Origin: a virus
Lineage: Duplodnaviria; Heunggongvirae; Uroviricota; Caudoviricetes
Virus record (IMG/VR): IMGVR_UViG_3300021255_003500
Location: 9,962-73,961 of that record
DNA: 64,000 nucleotides
Strand: one strand, 5' to 3'
The notes beneath the pieces are model-generated. The model did no database searches and was not told the DNA's origin. It saw only the letters and a list, made by a program, of their open reading frames with translations. A program made the position numbers and the translations under genes. Every line of letters begins with the position of its first letter. The first letter of the stretch is position 1. Shown here piece by piece: positions 39,524 to 48,207 of this stretch.

Positions 39524-40198
39524 TCATTCCGGCGTGCGCTCTTGCGGCGCCGCCGTGGCTTCTGCCTCCTCGGGACAGATAAAGCGCTGGTATAAATCGT
39601 CGAAGATAACGGGAATCCGTTCATGCGCCCTTTCCAGCAGATCCTTCATCAGCAGACGCATGGGAGGATAAGCGGCGATATCGCAGCGCAGAGCAAAGAT
39701 ATGCCGCCACTCCCGGAGGTTGGCCTTCATGATGATTTTGCAGGCGGTGGAATTCGGCAGGACTTCCCGCGCCTGTTCAGGCTTGGCGCCGTTCTCGATC
39801 ATCTGCTTGTAGGCATTCTCCGCCATGCGCATGGCACTGTGCCAGATGGCGCTGCGTTCGTCCCGGTCATTCCCGTCGTACCAGTCCGGGGCGATGAAGG
39901 TGATGTCGCCGGTCTTGGCTTCCTGGATATAGCGCTGGGATTCCACGCAGAAGGAAGCCAGACGGTGGCGCGTCAGCTCTGCCAGGACCGCCCGGGAGGT
40001 TTCAATCTCCACGGTCATGTCCGCAAACTCCAGCGGGGCGCCATGACCGCGCTTCAGCAGACCGTTCACAAAAGACTCCGCAGAACCCTGAGTGATGCGG
40101 TCCTGGCTGGCGTAGCAGTTGCGGCCTGCGTATTCAATATCCTGCAGCGGCCAGCGGTTGGCGCTGCGGATCATAACTGATTGTTCCTTGATGATCAT
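39524..40198 (-). CDS. thyX: Flavin-dependent thymidylate synthase.
   Basis: RHRxxS motif (TRHRLASF). Confidence 0.8.
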   Translation of the reverse strand: MIIKEQSVMIRSANRWPLQDIEYAGRNCYASQDRITQGSAESFVNGLLKRGHGAPLEFADMTVEIETSRAVLAELTRHRLASFCVESQRYIQEAKTGDITFIAPDWYDGNDRDERSAIWHSAMRMAENAYKQMIENGAKPEQAREVLPNSTACKIIMKANLREWRHIFALRCDIAAYPPMRLLMKDLLERAHERIPVIFDDLYQRFICPEEAEATAAPQERTPE

Positions 40199-40554
40199 TA
40201 CGTCGCCTCATTTCTCGAAATCGGCGCAACAGAAAAGACAGGCTCTTCGCCCGTCATCAGCTGCGGCACCGTCGTACCGGTATGAATGTGCATTTTGCGG
40301 TCGTGGTTCAGACGCTGCAGCTCCTGTGTGATTTCCTTCACGGAGAGCCTGGTCGCTATCACCTGACCGTTATCCAGGATCACCAACTACCTGGTCAGAT
40401 CTTTTCCGGAGCCGATGATCAGACGCTTTTCTCTTTTCTCCTGCTGGTAAAGCTCTTTTGCCTGACGCATAGACATGCCAAAAACAGTCATGATCCGATC
40501 TGCGTTCACCGCCAGCTCATTCTAAAGGTATATAAAACGAATCGGATATTCCAT
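40198..40554 (-). CDS. Hypothetical protein (about 118 aa) with two in-frame TAG codons (40387-40389 and 40522-40524).
   Basis: Upstream extension of track ORF 40198..40386 gives continuous protein-like sequence ...IIGSGKDLTR(TAG)LVILDNGQVIA.... The track ORF would otherwise start at TTG directly after the TAG. Confidence 0.5.
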
Positions 40555-40572
40555 CCGCAATCACTTCTTTCG

Positions 40573-40887
40573 TTAAAAGTCAAAGTCCAGATCCGAATAA
40601 ACAGATACGACGCCTTCCACCGATTCACCAACGGAGCCTTCATCCCAGGCATGATGATGCACACCGTACATCATACCCGGCATGGTGGTTCCCAGATGGT
40701 TGTTGTCGGCATCGTAATGTTCCAGTTCAGAAAAGATGCCGGGGGTGGAGCGTCCTGTATAGGCGCCATGCTCATCGGAATGAACATAGCCGCCCAGCAG
40801 GCCTGGCCAGCTTTCGCCAACCAGGTCGCCGTGCTCGTCATAGTGCTTGATGTTGCCAAACAATCCAGGCACAGAGGTAATCTTCAT
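40573..40887 (-). CDS. Small protein with four repeats of a roughly 20-aa unit (PG.FG...HYDEHGxxxGxSxPG).
   Basis: Internal repeats visible in the translation. Confidence 0.45.
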   Translation of the reverse strand: MKITSVPGLFGNIKHYDEHGDLVGESWPGLLGGYVHSDEHGAYTGRSTPGIFSELEHYDADNNHLGTTMPGMMYGVHHHAWDEGSVGESVEGVVSVYSDLDFDF

Positions 40888-42395
40888 GCAGCATTCTCCT
40901 TTTCTGTTAACTCGTGCAATGTAAACTCGTCCAGATAACAGTCTTCCTTGTCAGAGATCAGAGTTCTGTGTCCTCCATGGAAGGCATAGCGCTTGGCCTT
41001 ATGCCACTTCTTCAGAAGGATGAACTGACCCTGTTTGAGCCCGCTGTCCGCGTAAGCTCGCTTGGTCATCTTCATTGTGCCGCTGACACCACGGCGCACG
41101 TTGTACAGCTTCAGCCGCACGCCATAGAGATCGTCCAGCTCCTCCACAAAGTACAGGTTGGAATCCGCATAAGGATCAAAGCTGGAGCAGCGCATGACAT
41201 ACATATTCTCTGCGGACAGGATCTCTTCGATTGGCAGCGGAAAGTCGTCCATCTTCGCTTCCATATCCGTCAGCGCAGAAAGGCGCTTGGTCTTCGTCTT
41301 CTCGGACAGAGTCTTGGTCAGCTTGGATGCGCCGTTGTAGTATTCATCGAACAGCTTCATCAGCTTTCCGCTTTCTCCATAGTCGGAGAAGTACCCGAGC
41401 TTGATCAGCACAGCGATCTGCCGGGTATTGACAGACGTATTGTTCTGCAGATAGTAAAGCACCTGAATAAAGCTGTCAAAGTATTCCCTGCCAGCCTGAT
41501 ACAGCGCTTCCGCAGCTGTCGCAGAGATGAACTTGATGGAATGCAGGCTCTGGGAGATGGTCTTGGCAGACTTGTTGACCAGCCAGTCGCGGTTGTCCTC
41601 GCCGAAATGTCCCGGTGTGACCCGGATTCCCAGATACCTTTTCATTTCCCGGATGATCAGGGCGATCTTTTCCTTGTTGCCCTTCTCTGTGTACAGCTTG
41701 AGCATGGTCACGTAGAATTCGTAGGGATAATAGGCTTTCAGCCAGGCCGCGTACAGAGAATCACAGGCCATGCTGAAAGCATGAGCGGCACAGAACATAT
41801 AGCTGGCTGCGTCGTTGATGATCGTCCAGATCTTATCGACGATGTCCGCAGCTTCCTGATCAGTCGCTCCTTCCTCTTCCTTCAAGCGCTTCGTAAAGCC
41901 TTCCTCGAAACGCTGGCGGAAGGAAGCGACCTTGTCCGCCTTCTTCTTCTTAATGGCCTTCACACAAACATACGCATCGGCAGGAGGGATATTAGCAGCT
42001 TGCAAAACGTGTAAAATCTGTTCATCGTAGAGTAAAAACGAATCTGGTATCTCTTTTGTCTGCAACAGTTTATCCAGAGAAGGAATACCATAGTCAAATC
42101 TGTTTCTGGAAATAAAGGTTTCCAGCATGGACTTGAAGCCAGGTCGTACAGCAGCTACGAAAGCAGCCAGTTCCACCACGTTCTTCGGTTTATACCGCAT
42201 GACCCGTTCGGTGGTCTTCTCCTTTTCACACTGATTCAGACCCAGGGTGAAGCCGTATTCGTACAGCTGCCAGACCTTCGGGTCATCCTTCACCTTCTCC
42301 AGCAATTCGTCCACCGGCATCACCGGCTGACCGATCGCTTCAAATGCTGCGGCAATGGTCTTGACGACATCGACGCGCAAGTAATCCAATGATAC
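40884..42395 (-). CDS. dnaE: DNA polymerase III alpha (DnaE-type), exon 2 (C-terminal part).
   Basis: Motif MFCAAHAFSMACDSLYAAWLKAYYPYEFY corresponds to the DnaE FNKSHSAAYA...WLKAHYP region. The exon boundary at 42395/42396 is inferred from the omega-G and reading frame. Confidence 0.7.
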   Translation of the reverse strand, partial: VSLDYLRVDVVKTIAAAFEAIGQPVMPVDELLEKVKDDPKVWQLYEYGFTLGLNQCEKEKTTERVMRYKPKNVVELAAFVAAVRPGFKSMLETFISRNRFDYGIPSLDKLLQTKEIPDSFLLYDEQILHVLQAANIPPADAYVCVKAIKKKKADKVASFRQRFEEGFTKRLKEEEGATDQEAADIVDKIWTIINDAASYMFCAAHAFSMACDSLYAAWLKAYYPYEFYVTMLKLYTEKGNKEKIALIIREMKRYLGIRVTPGHFGEDNRDWLVNKSAKTISQSLHSIKFISATAAEALYQAGREYFDSFIQVLYYLQNNTSVNTRQIAVLIKLGYFSDYGESGKLMKLFDEYYNGASKLTKTLSEKTKTKRLSALTDMEAKMDDFPLPIEEILSAENMYVMRCSSFDPYADSNLYFVEELDDLYGVRLKLYNVRRGVSGTMKMTKRAYADSGLKQGQFILLKKWHKAKRYAFHGGHRTLISDKEDCYLDEFTLHELTEKENAA

Positions 42396-43420
42396 CCTCG
42401 GTTTCCCGATATTTATGAGGGGTTTAGACTATCTCTTCATCCACTAGGGATGTGTGGCACTTCGACAACAAGAGTTTCACTTGCTGTCTACTTCCTTCCG
42501 GAATAGTCGTTACACCTTACTCCTACTGGAGTCTTGGCACGGTATTAACATGCAGCATAGCAACAATTTCATTTGTTCTTTGTGCAATATCTTCATCAAA
42601 TCTGATTTCAAACAGAGGGATGTGATGCTCAGCACAAAACGTTCGTTTCAAAGGATCTGTTATCTCTCTTTCATATGTTCCAAATTCTGGATAATACGGA
42701 TCGACACGGTAATGTTGAATGCCTTGCATTTCAATCGCCGCAATTATGTGATTGTCAGTATCCAATATTTGGAAATCAAACAATGGGTATGTCCCATTAG
42801 GAGTTTGTAGTTCTTCATGTCTCTTATTTTGTTTGAAACGAATGTTGTTTTGCTAGAGTATCTCTCCGATAATCTGTTCTCCTCTGCTTTTCACACAACC
42901 GCAGCTTTGTGTTTTACCGGAACGCAGTTGCCAACCTTCTACGACAGCCTGATTACCACAATCACAAACACAATCCCACAAGATTTTATGCTGTCCTGCG
43001 CTGGTTATATTTGTTCCATGATATCCTGTAACTGTCAGTTTTCCAAAACGCAAACCAGCCATATCCCGGATAGGTTTATGAAAGTTTTCTTTTTGCTGGC
43101 AACCACAAGAAACTGTAGTCTATTGACGAAGACTCTGCCCAGAAACAACAGTCGTATTACCACAAACACATTGGCACATCCACATTGTTCTGGGTTTCCC
43201 GCTTGGTAAAATGTGATCTGGAGCACGGTATAAAACCGTAAGCCTCCCAAATTGTTTACCGGTTAAGTCTTGAAACTTAGGCATCATACCACCTCCTAAC
43301 ATCAATATGATATTGTTATGCTGTTTAGTCTTTACCGTTAGCGCACATAAGTGCACACCCTACATGTGTAGGTTCACCACATTATCCTATCCATATTGCT
43401 ATGGCAGGGGCCAATTATTT
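42396..43420 (-). mobile_element. Group I intron (IA2, T4 td-like) interrupting dnaE, with an ORF inserted in the P6-loop position.
   Basis: R-like AACGACUAU and S-like AAGAGAUAGUCU elements form P7. A P8 helix and the 5' GGCC/P2/P3-like AACGUGGUAAACC region are present. Homologous to the second copy at 52137..52404, with compensatory helix changes. Confidence 0.65.
42517..43293 (-). CDS. Intron-encoded putative homing endonuclease. It has tandem Zn-ribbon modules (FGRLTV...W.C.C.CGN...SCGC, twice) and a C-terminal Vsr/DUF559-like PD-(D/E)xK region. It contains three in-frame TAGs (43120, 42853, 42523).
   Basis: Track ORFs 43120..43356, 42853..43062 and 42523..42783 all end in TAG and share one frame. 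Readthrough joins them. ATG at 43293 with RBS AGGAGGTG. Confidence 0.5.
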
Positions 43421-45124
43421 AGCCTTCAAATAACCCTGCGCGTCTGCTGTCTGGCCATCGATATAAGCAGCATATACCGCGTCCTTATTCCCGCTCTTTG
43501 CTTTTACCCGCACTACGCCGATCTCCCTACGGAGATCCTTGTCCAGCAGCAGGTGCGCACAGGGATGCGGAGACAAGGAAGTGATAATACCACGGTAAGG
43601 TTTGCTGTCCTCCACCAGGCTCAGGTATTTCTCTTCAACGTAGTCCTCCAGACGCACATCCATCTCCGGATCGTAGTCGGGATCATCCACGTTGTTCTCC
43701 TTCGCATGCTTCAGGTCGGTTTCATAAGCCTGAATCTGCTTGGAGATCTCGTTAGATGTATCAAAATCCAGATCTCTGGCACGCGCCAGGAGCTTGAAAG
43801 CGGACAGGACTTTACAAGTACCGAAGGCGATCATGGGCAGACAACCCCATTCGCCCAGGATCTCCTTACCAGCCTTCTCAAACGCCGGAACGTTGGACAT
43901 ATTCAGATCCAGATCTGGAAGCGCTCCGGAAGCCAGCCGTTCCTTGGAGATAAAACGCTCTGGATACAGCTTCACCGGACATTTGAGTCGGTTGATGGAG
44001 GTGAAACCCAGGGCATAGTTCGTGGCGAAGGATACGCCAGAACCTCTGCCTGTGGTGGTCAGCACACCGCCATATTTGATCCCCTTGTCCACAATATCCT
44101 TCATGCTCAGGAAGTAGTCTGCGGTTCCTGTGTCGGCAACAGCATTCATTTCTTCGTAGAGCTCGGCCCGGTCTGCCTGTGTCGGCAGCCCGGCCTTCGC
44201 GCTGTAGCCCTTCTGCACTTCTTTCTTGTACAGTGCATTCCGCTGTTCCATGGTCAGTTCCGGATGACTGGTGGGGATCTTCTTCTCCGTGGTGAAGTGG
44301 ACCCCCTCAAATTCCCGGAGCTGCAGGGTATTCTCCATGGCTTCCCGGATCTGCGAAGGGCTCAGGATATGCTGGTTCATCAGCAGCTGATACGCTTCGT
44401 CAGCTGTGGGCAGATAGAGATCGAAGTCATCCTCATAGTCATTCTTGATGCCGGAGGAGAGCAGCAGCTCCTCGCGCAGGGCTGCGTCCTCATGCCGGAT
44501 ATAATGACTGTCGGTACCGTAGATCAGCGGGATATGCGTCTTCCGGTACATGGAGAGGATATGCGCGTTGTGCTCCAGCTGGATCTTCTGGGGATGATGC
44601 TGCACTTCCATATACAGGCTGTCCCCGAAGATGCTGTGCAGCTGCATCAAGTATTCCTCTGCGTTCTCATCTCGCAGTGGACCTGCCACGCAGGCGGTGG
44701 TGCACAGAAAGCGCTTGGGATCCAGCCTGGACAGCAGCTCGAAGTCTACCCGTGGCTTATAGTAATAGCCGGAGAGGTTCGCTTCGGACAGGATGGCATT
44801 CAGCTGACGGAAGCCTTCCATGTCCCTGGCAACCAGCACCAGATGGAAGTTGCGTTTATCTTTCAGCTCCGGGTTCCGATCCGGGACGAAGTAGCATTCG
44901 GCTGCGGCCAGTGCTTTCATCTGGAAGCCGTCTGTCGAGTACTTCTTCGCCATCTCTTCCTGCTGCCAGACGTTGGACCGGTTGCCATGCTCACTGAGAC
45001 ACAGCACCCGCTGTCCCCGGTCCCGGTAGACCTTCGCATAGTCTTCGATGGACATGGTGGAGTCCGGCTGCGTCAGACAATTGGAGTACATGGAATGACA
45101 GTGATAGTTTTCGTACTCGATCAA
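43421..45124 (-). CDS. dnaE: DNA polymerase III alpha (DnaE-type), exon 1 (PHP and palm domains).
   Basis: PHP motif YENYHCHSMYS and palm motif GRGSGVSFATNYALGFTSIN. The track ORF continues to TAA at 43415 inside the intron. The 5' splice site is inferred after GCU (43421). Confidence 0.7.
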
Positions 45125-45136
45125 ACGATCACTTCC

Positions 45137-45490
45137 TTAATTCGGTGGTTTAATCCGTTGCGGTTTCGGGTATTCAATAGACGCAGGACAGTATTCCATT
45201 TCGCCGTTCTGGAAATACGCTTTCCACAGATCATAATTGTCTTCGCCTTCGCCACTCAGTTCAAAGATCATCTCCGGAAACTGCTTGCTGACAGCCTCCA
45301 TATCTTCTTCATAATGATACCACTTCTGGGATTCGCAGCAGTAGAAATCGTAGCGATCACGAACGAAAGCATAATCCTCACAAAATACATAATTCAGCAG
45401 ACCAAGATTTCGGAGACTACTTTTCACCTGGTCAATATTTCCTTCGTTCGCGTTGTACACGGTCAGATTATACGAAGTATAATAACCCAT
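45137..45490 (-). CDS. Hypothetical protein.
   Basis: ORF with TAA stop. Confidence 0.45.
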   Translation of the reverse strand: MGYYTSYNLTVYNANEGNIDQVKSSLRNLGLLNYVFCEDYAFVRDRYDFYCCESQKWYHYEEDMEAVSKQFPEMIFELSGEGEDNYDLWKAYFQNGEMEYCPASIEYPKPQRIKPPN

Positions 45491-45500
45491 AGCATCCTCC

Positions 45501-45791
45501 TCAGCTTTGATAGTAGATGATGAATTCTTCTCTGGCGTTTTCGTTCATAGGTCCTGGACCATACTTCAGCACGTACTCCCGTTTGTCATCCAGATACACC
45601 AGCTGATAAGGATCGTGCGCAGGATCCCAGGTGTTCAAATAGGTGATATGCTCCGCGCTATACCGGATCAGACCCTGAAAGAATTTGACAGCGTCTTCCT
45701 TCTTCCGGAATTTGCGCTCGGAGATCACGCATTGACCGGTCTTGTTTTCATACACATGCCAGCAGTAGTCGCTCGGTTTGACCATATGCAT
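45501..45791 (-). CDS. Hypothetical protein.
   Basis: ATG with AGGAGA RBS. TGA stop. Confidence 0.45.
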   Translation of the reverse strand: MHMVKPSDYCWHVYENKTGQCVISERKFRKKEDAVKFFQGLIRYSAEHITYLNTWDPAHDPYQLVYLDDKREYVLKYGPGPMNENAREEFIIYYQS

Positions 45792-45797
45792 TCTCCT

Positions 45798-46112
45798 TTA
45801 TAAAAAATCCCAAGCACTTCTTTCGCTTCTTTTAGTTCCTGGATGGTCGGTGTATATGATCTTGTCGCCGTCCGTATCGCCGGTGTCCTTGCAGATCACC
45901 GTCGCCTTTGAACTGATGGTCGGCGCCAGGGCTTTCACGGCGTCCTCTCCTCTGGCGTCCCGGATCCTGTCATAAGCCCGGGAGATCGCATCGGAGGGAT
46001 CAGATACAGGTACATCCACCACATAGGTTCTCTCTTCACGAATCACTACCGTATAGCTCATTGCCTTGCTCCTTCTTTCTCTTGGGCACCAGAATGCCAT
46101 TGGCACATTCAC
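45798..46112 (-). CDS. Hypothetical protein.
   Basis: ORF with TAA stop. Confidence 0.4.
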   Translation of the reverse strand: MNVPMAFWCPRERRSKAMSYTVVIREERTYVVDVPVSDPSDAISRAYDRIRDARGEDAVKALAPTISSKATVICKDTGDTDGDKIIYTDHPGTKRSERSAWDFL

Positions 46113-46860
46113 CGCGCATGGAGCACAGTTCCTGACAGAAGAAGTCCGAGTTCTCCTTGGACTGCAGCCAGTCCAGCATCTCGAAGCGTTCGATCTTCTC
46201 GATCTGCGCCAGCGCCCAGGTCATGGTCTCTTCGTATTCCCGCTCGTCAAAATTCCGTTCCGCCAGAACGCCGCCTTCCTTAAAGAGGTTGAACATCAGA
46301 CGGTCCGGGAACTTGCCGTACTTTTCCATGATGTATTTCGAATACACATACTGCTGCCGGTACATTTCGTTCTCTGACTTCTTGAAGGAGGACAGAGACT
46401 TGGACTTGTGGTCCAGCACGATCAGCTCATTGGTGAACTGATCCCGCAGGACCATATCGATCACGCCCACCAGCGGCCGGCCTTCGATCTCCGTACGGAA
46501 ACGCAGCTCGGATTCCAGCACGTCATAACCGGGAAAACCGTCAAAGCTTTCCAGATAGATCAGGCCCTGCTGATATGTCTTTTCACTGTAGCCTTTGGCT
46601 GCCAGCATGCGGGGGAATTGATCCACCACTTCCAGCGGATATCTGCGCTGGTATTCCTTGGGCAGCTGCTCCTTGTCCAGCTTGCCCTTGGCCCAGAGGT
46701 CGATCAGATCATGGATCAGTGTACCCTGCTCTGCAAAGGCGTTGTTCTTCTGCGGCAGCTTCTCGATGCGCTGCAGATAGAAAGCATAGGGACATTCATC
46801 CACGTTCTGCAGCTGGGAATAACTGTAGGTATGGGATTCAGGAAGCATACTCATAGGCAC
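46036..46860 (-). CDS. PD-(D/E)xK (RecB/Cas4-like) nuclease with a C-terminal Cys cluster.
   Basis: D...ELIVLDHKSKS nuclease motif. C-terminal CQELCSMRGEC Cys cluster. Confidence 0.6.
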   Translation of the reverse strand: MPMSMLPESHTYSYSQLQNVDECPYAFYLQRIEKLPQKNNAFAEQGTLIHDLIDLWAKGKLDKEQLPKEYQRRYPLEVVDQFPRMLAAKGYSEKTYQQGLIYLESFDGFPGYDVLESELRFRTEIEGRPLVGVIDMVLRDQFTNELIVLDHKSKSLSSFKKSENEMYRQQYVYSKYIMEKYGKFPDRLMFNLFKEGGVLAERNFDEREYEETMTWALAQIEKIERFEMLDWLQSKENSDFFCQELCSMRGECANGILVPKRKKEQGNELYGSDS

Positions 46861-46866
46861 ACCTCC

Positions 46867-48207
46867 TTAAATCGCCATGGGATAAATGGACTCCACACCA
46901 TCTGCGCCGACGATCATAGCGACCTGACAGGGCGGACCGAAGAGCCGCTTCTTCATAGTAAATTCATCACCGGAACCGCAGACGGACCCGTTGCGGATAA
47001 AGCCCGTGTTCTTCATGGTCACGGAGGGCACATGCAGATGCCCGGCCACCACATAGTCCACGTCCACGCCGGTGTTTCGCTCCACCTGCAGAGCAGTCTT
47101 GTCCAGATCCTTATCGAAGTCTCCGTGCACGGCGATGTAATTCTTCCCGAAGATACCAAAGTCAGCAATGGTTTCGTCAATGGTGTTCTTATAGAACCAC
47201 ACATTGGACTGACTCTCCAGCTTCGTCTTGCAGTACCAGGGGATCAGGGCGTCCAGCTTCTCCGCGCGCAGAGCGTCTTCGGCGCAGAGATCCAGACGGG
47301 AATGATTGCCGCTGACGGAGTTCACATGGACCTCGCTGAAGTGCTGAGCCAGCACATACAGGAAGTCCGCCACCAGCTCGGAAACACCGATGACCTGGGC
47401 CACTACGTTCTCCCGGTTCTCTGCCCGTACCGTCTGGTGGATATTGCCGGAGATCAGATCCCCCAGCAGGGAGACATAACAGGTATGGATACTGTTCGCC
47501 TGACCCAGCTTCACGATCTCCTCCGCATAGTTCATGATCCGCTTCTCCGCGATCTCGGGACTGAAACTGCCTCCACGATTGCTGAACACGGACCCGTAAT
47601 GGATGTCCCCAAGCAGGGCATAGATCGCACGCTGGTTCTCATTGTCCCACTGGATATCCAGGGGCTTTGGCGGATTGCCGGGATAGCGGGAGATCTCCTC
47701 CTTGAACAGGTCCAGGATGGCGTCGGCTCTCGCAGATTGACGCATAAGCCGATTGTAGGAAGTGCGCTCATCCCTCAGGCGCAGACGCTGCTTCTCCGCT
47801 TCCTGGAAGAAGTTCAGCATCCTGCCCTCTGCCGGTTCGCTTTCCTCCGTGGGTTCCTCCAGCAGCTGCTGAACGGGGGCAGGCTTGGCGGGTTCCAGTT
47901 TTTGCCTGGCCTCCGCCAGATCGATGACGTTGTCGTTCATCATCTTGTCCTGGATCCTGCGGAAACGCTTGCGCCAGCAGGAACCGTTCTTGGGAGCATC
48001 CGGACAGAAGGCTTCATTCATGGCTTCCGCCAGCTCATCCCAGGTGCAGCTGATCACACCGGTTTCTTTTAAGTTGCCAAGCCTCCAGAGATATTGTTCC
48101 ATGGTTTCTCCGTAGGCTTTTTGATATATCGATTCCATAGGTCTCCTTTCCGGCAGGAGATCAGAAAGGTTGATCCTCCTGGCCATAAGAGATTTGAAAG
48201 TCTTCAT
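46867..48207 (-). CDS. Metallophosphoesterase (SbcD/Mre11-like).
   Basis: Motifs VHGDFD and VVAGHLHV. Confidence 0.55.
   Translation of the reverse strand: MKTFKSLMARRINLSDLLPERRPMESIYQKAYGETMEQYLWRLGNLKETGVISCTWDELAEAMNEAFCPDAPKNGSCWRKRFRRIQDKMMNDNVIDLAEARQKLEPAKPAPVQQLLEEPTEESEPAEGRMLNFFQEAEKQRLRLRDERTSYNRLMRQSARADAILDLFKEEISRYPGNPPKPLDIQWDNENQRAIYALLGDIHYGSVFSNRGGSFSPEIAEKRIMNYAEEIVKLGQANSIHTCYVSLLGDLISGNIHQTVRAENRENVVAQVIGVSELVADFLYVLAQHFSEVHVNSVSGNHSRLDLCAEDALRAEKLDALIPWYCKTKLESQSNVWFYKNTIDETIADFGIFGKNYIAVHGDFDKDLDKTALQVERNTGVDVDYVVAGHLHVPSVTMKNTGFIRNGSVCGSGDEFTMKKRLFGPPCQVAMIVGADGVESIYPMAI

Noticed and set aside
42387-42420. The track's TTG start of DnaE fragment 40884..42389 and the conserved in-frame peptide PLINIGKPRV, also upstream of ORF 51408..52094.
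   Set aside because: The conservation is at the nucleotide level in two copies of a structured RNA (the group I intron 3' end). The peptide upstream of it is not conserved. This is not a protein N-terminus.
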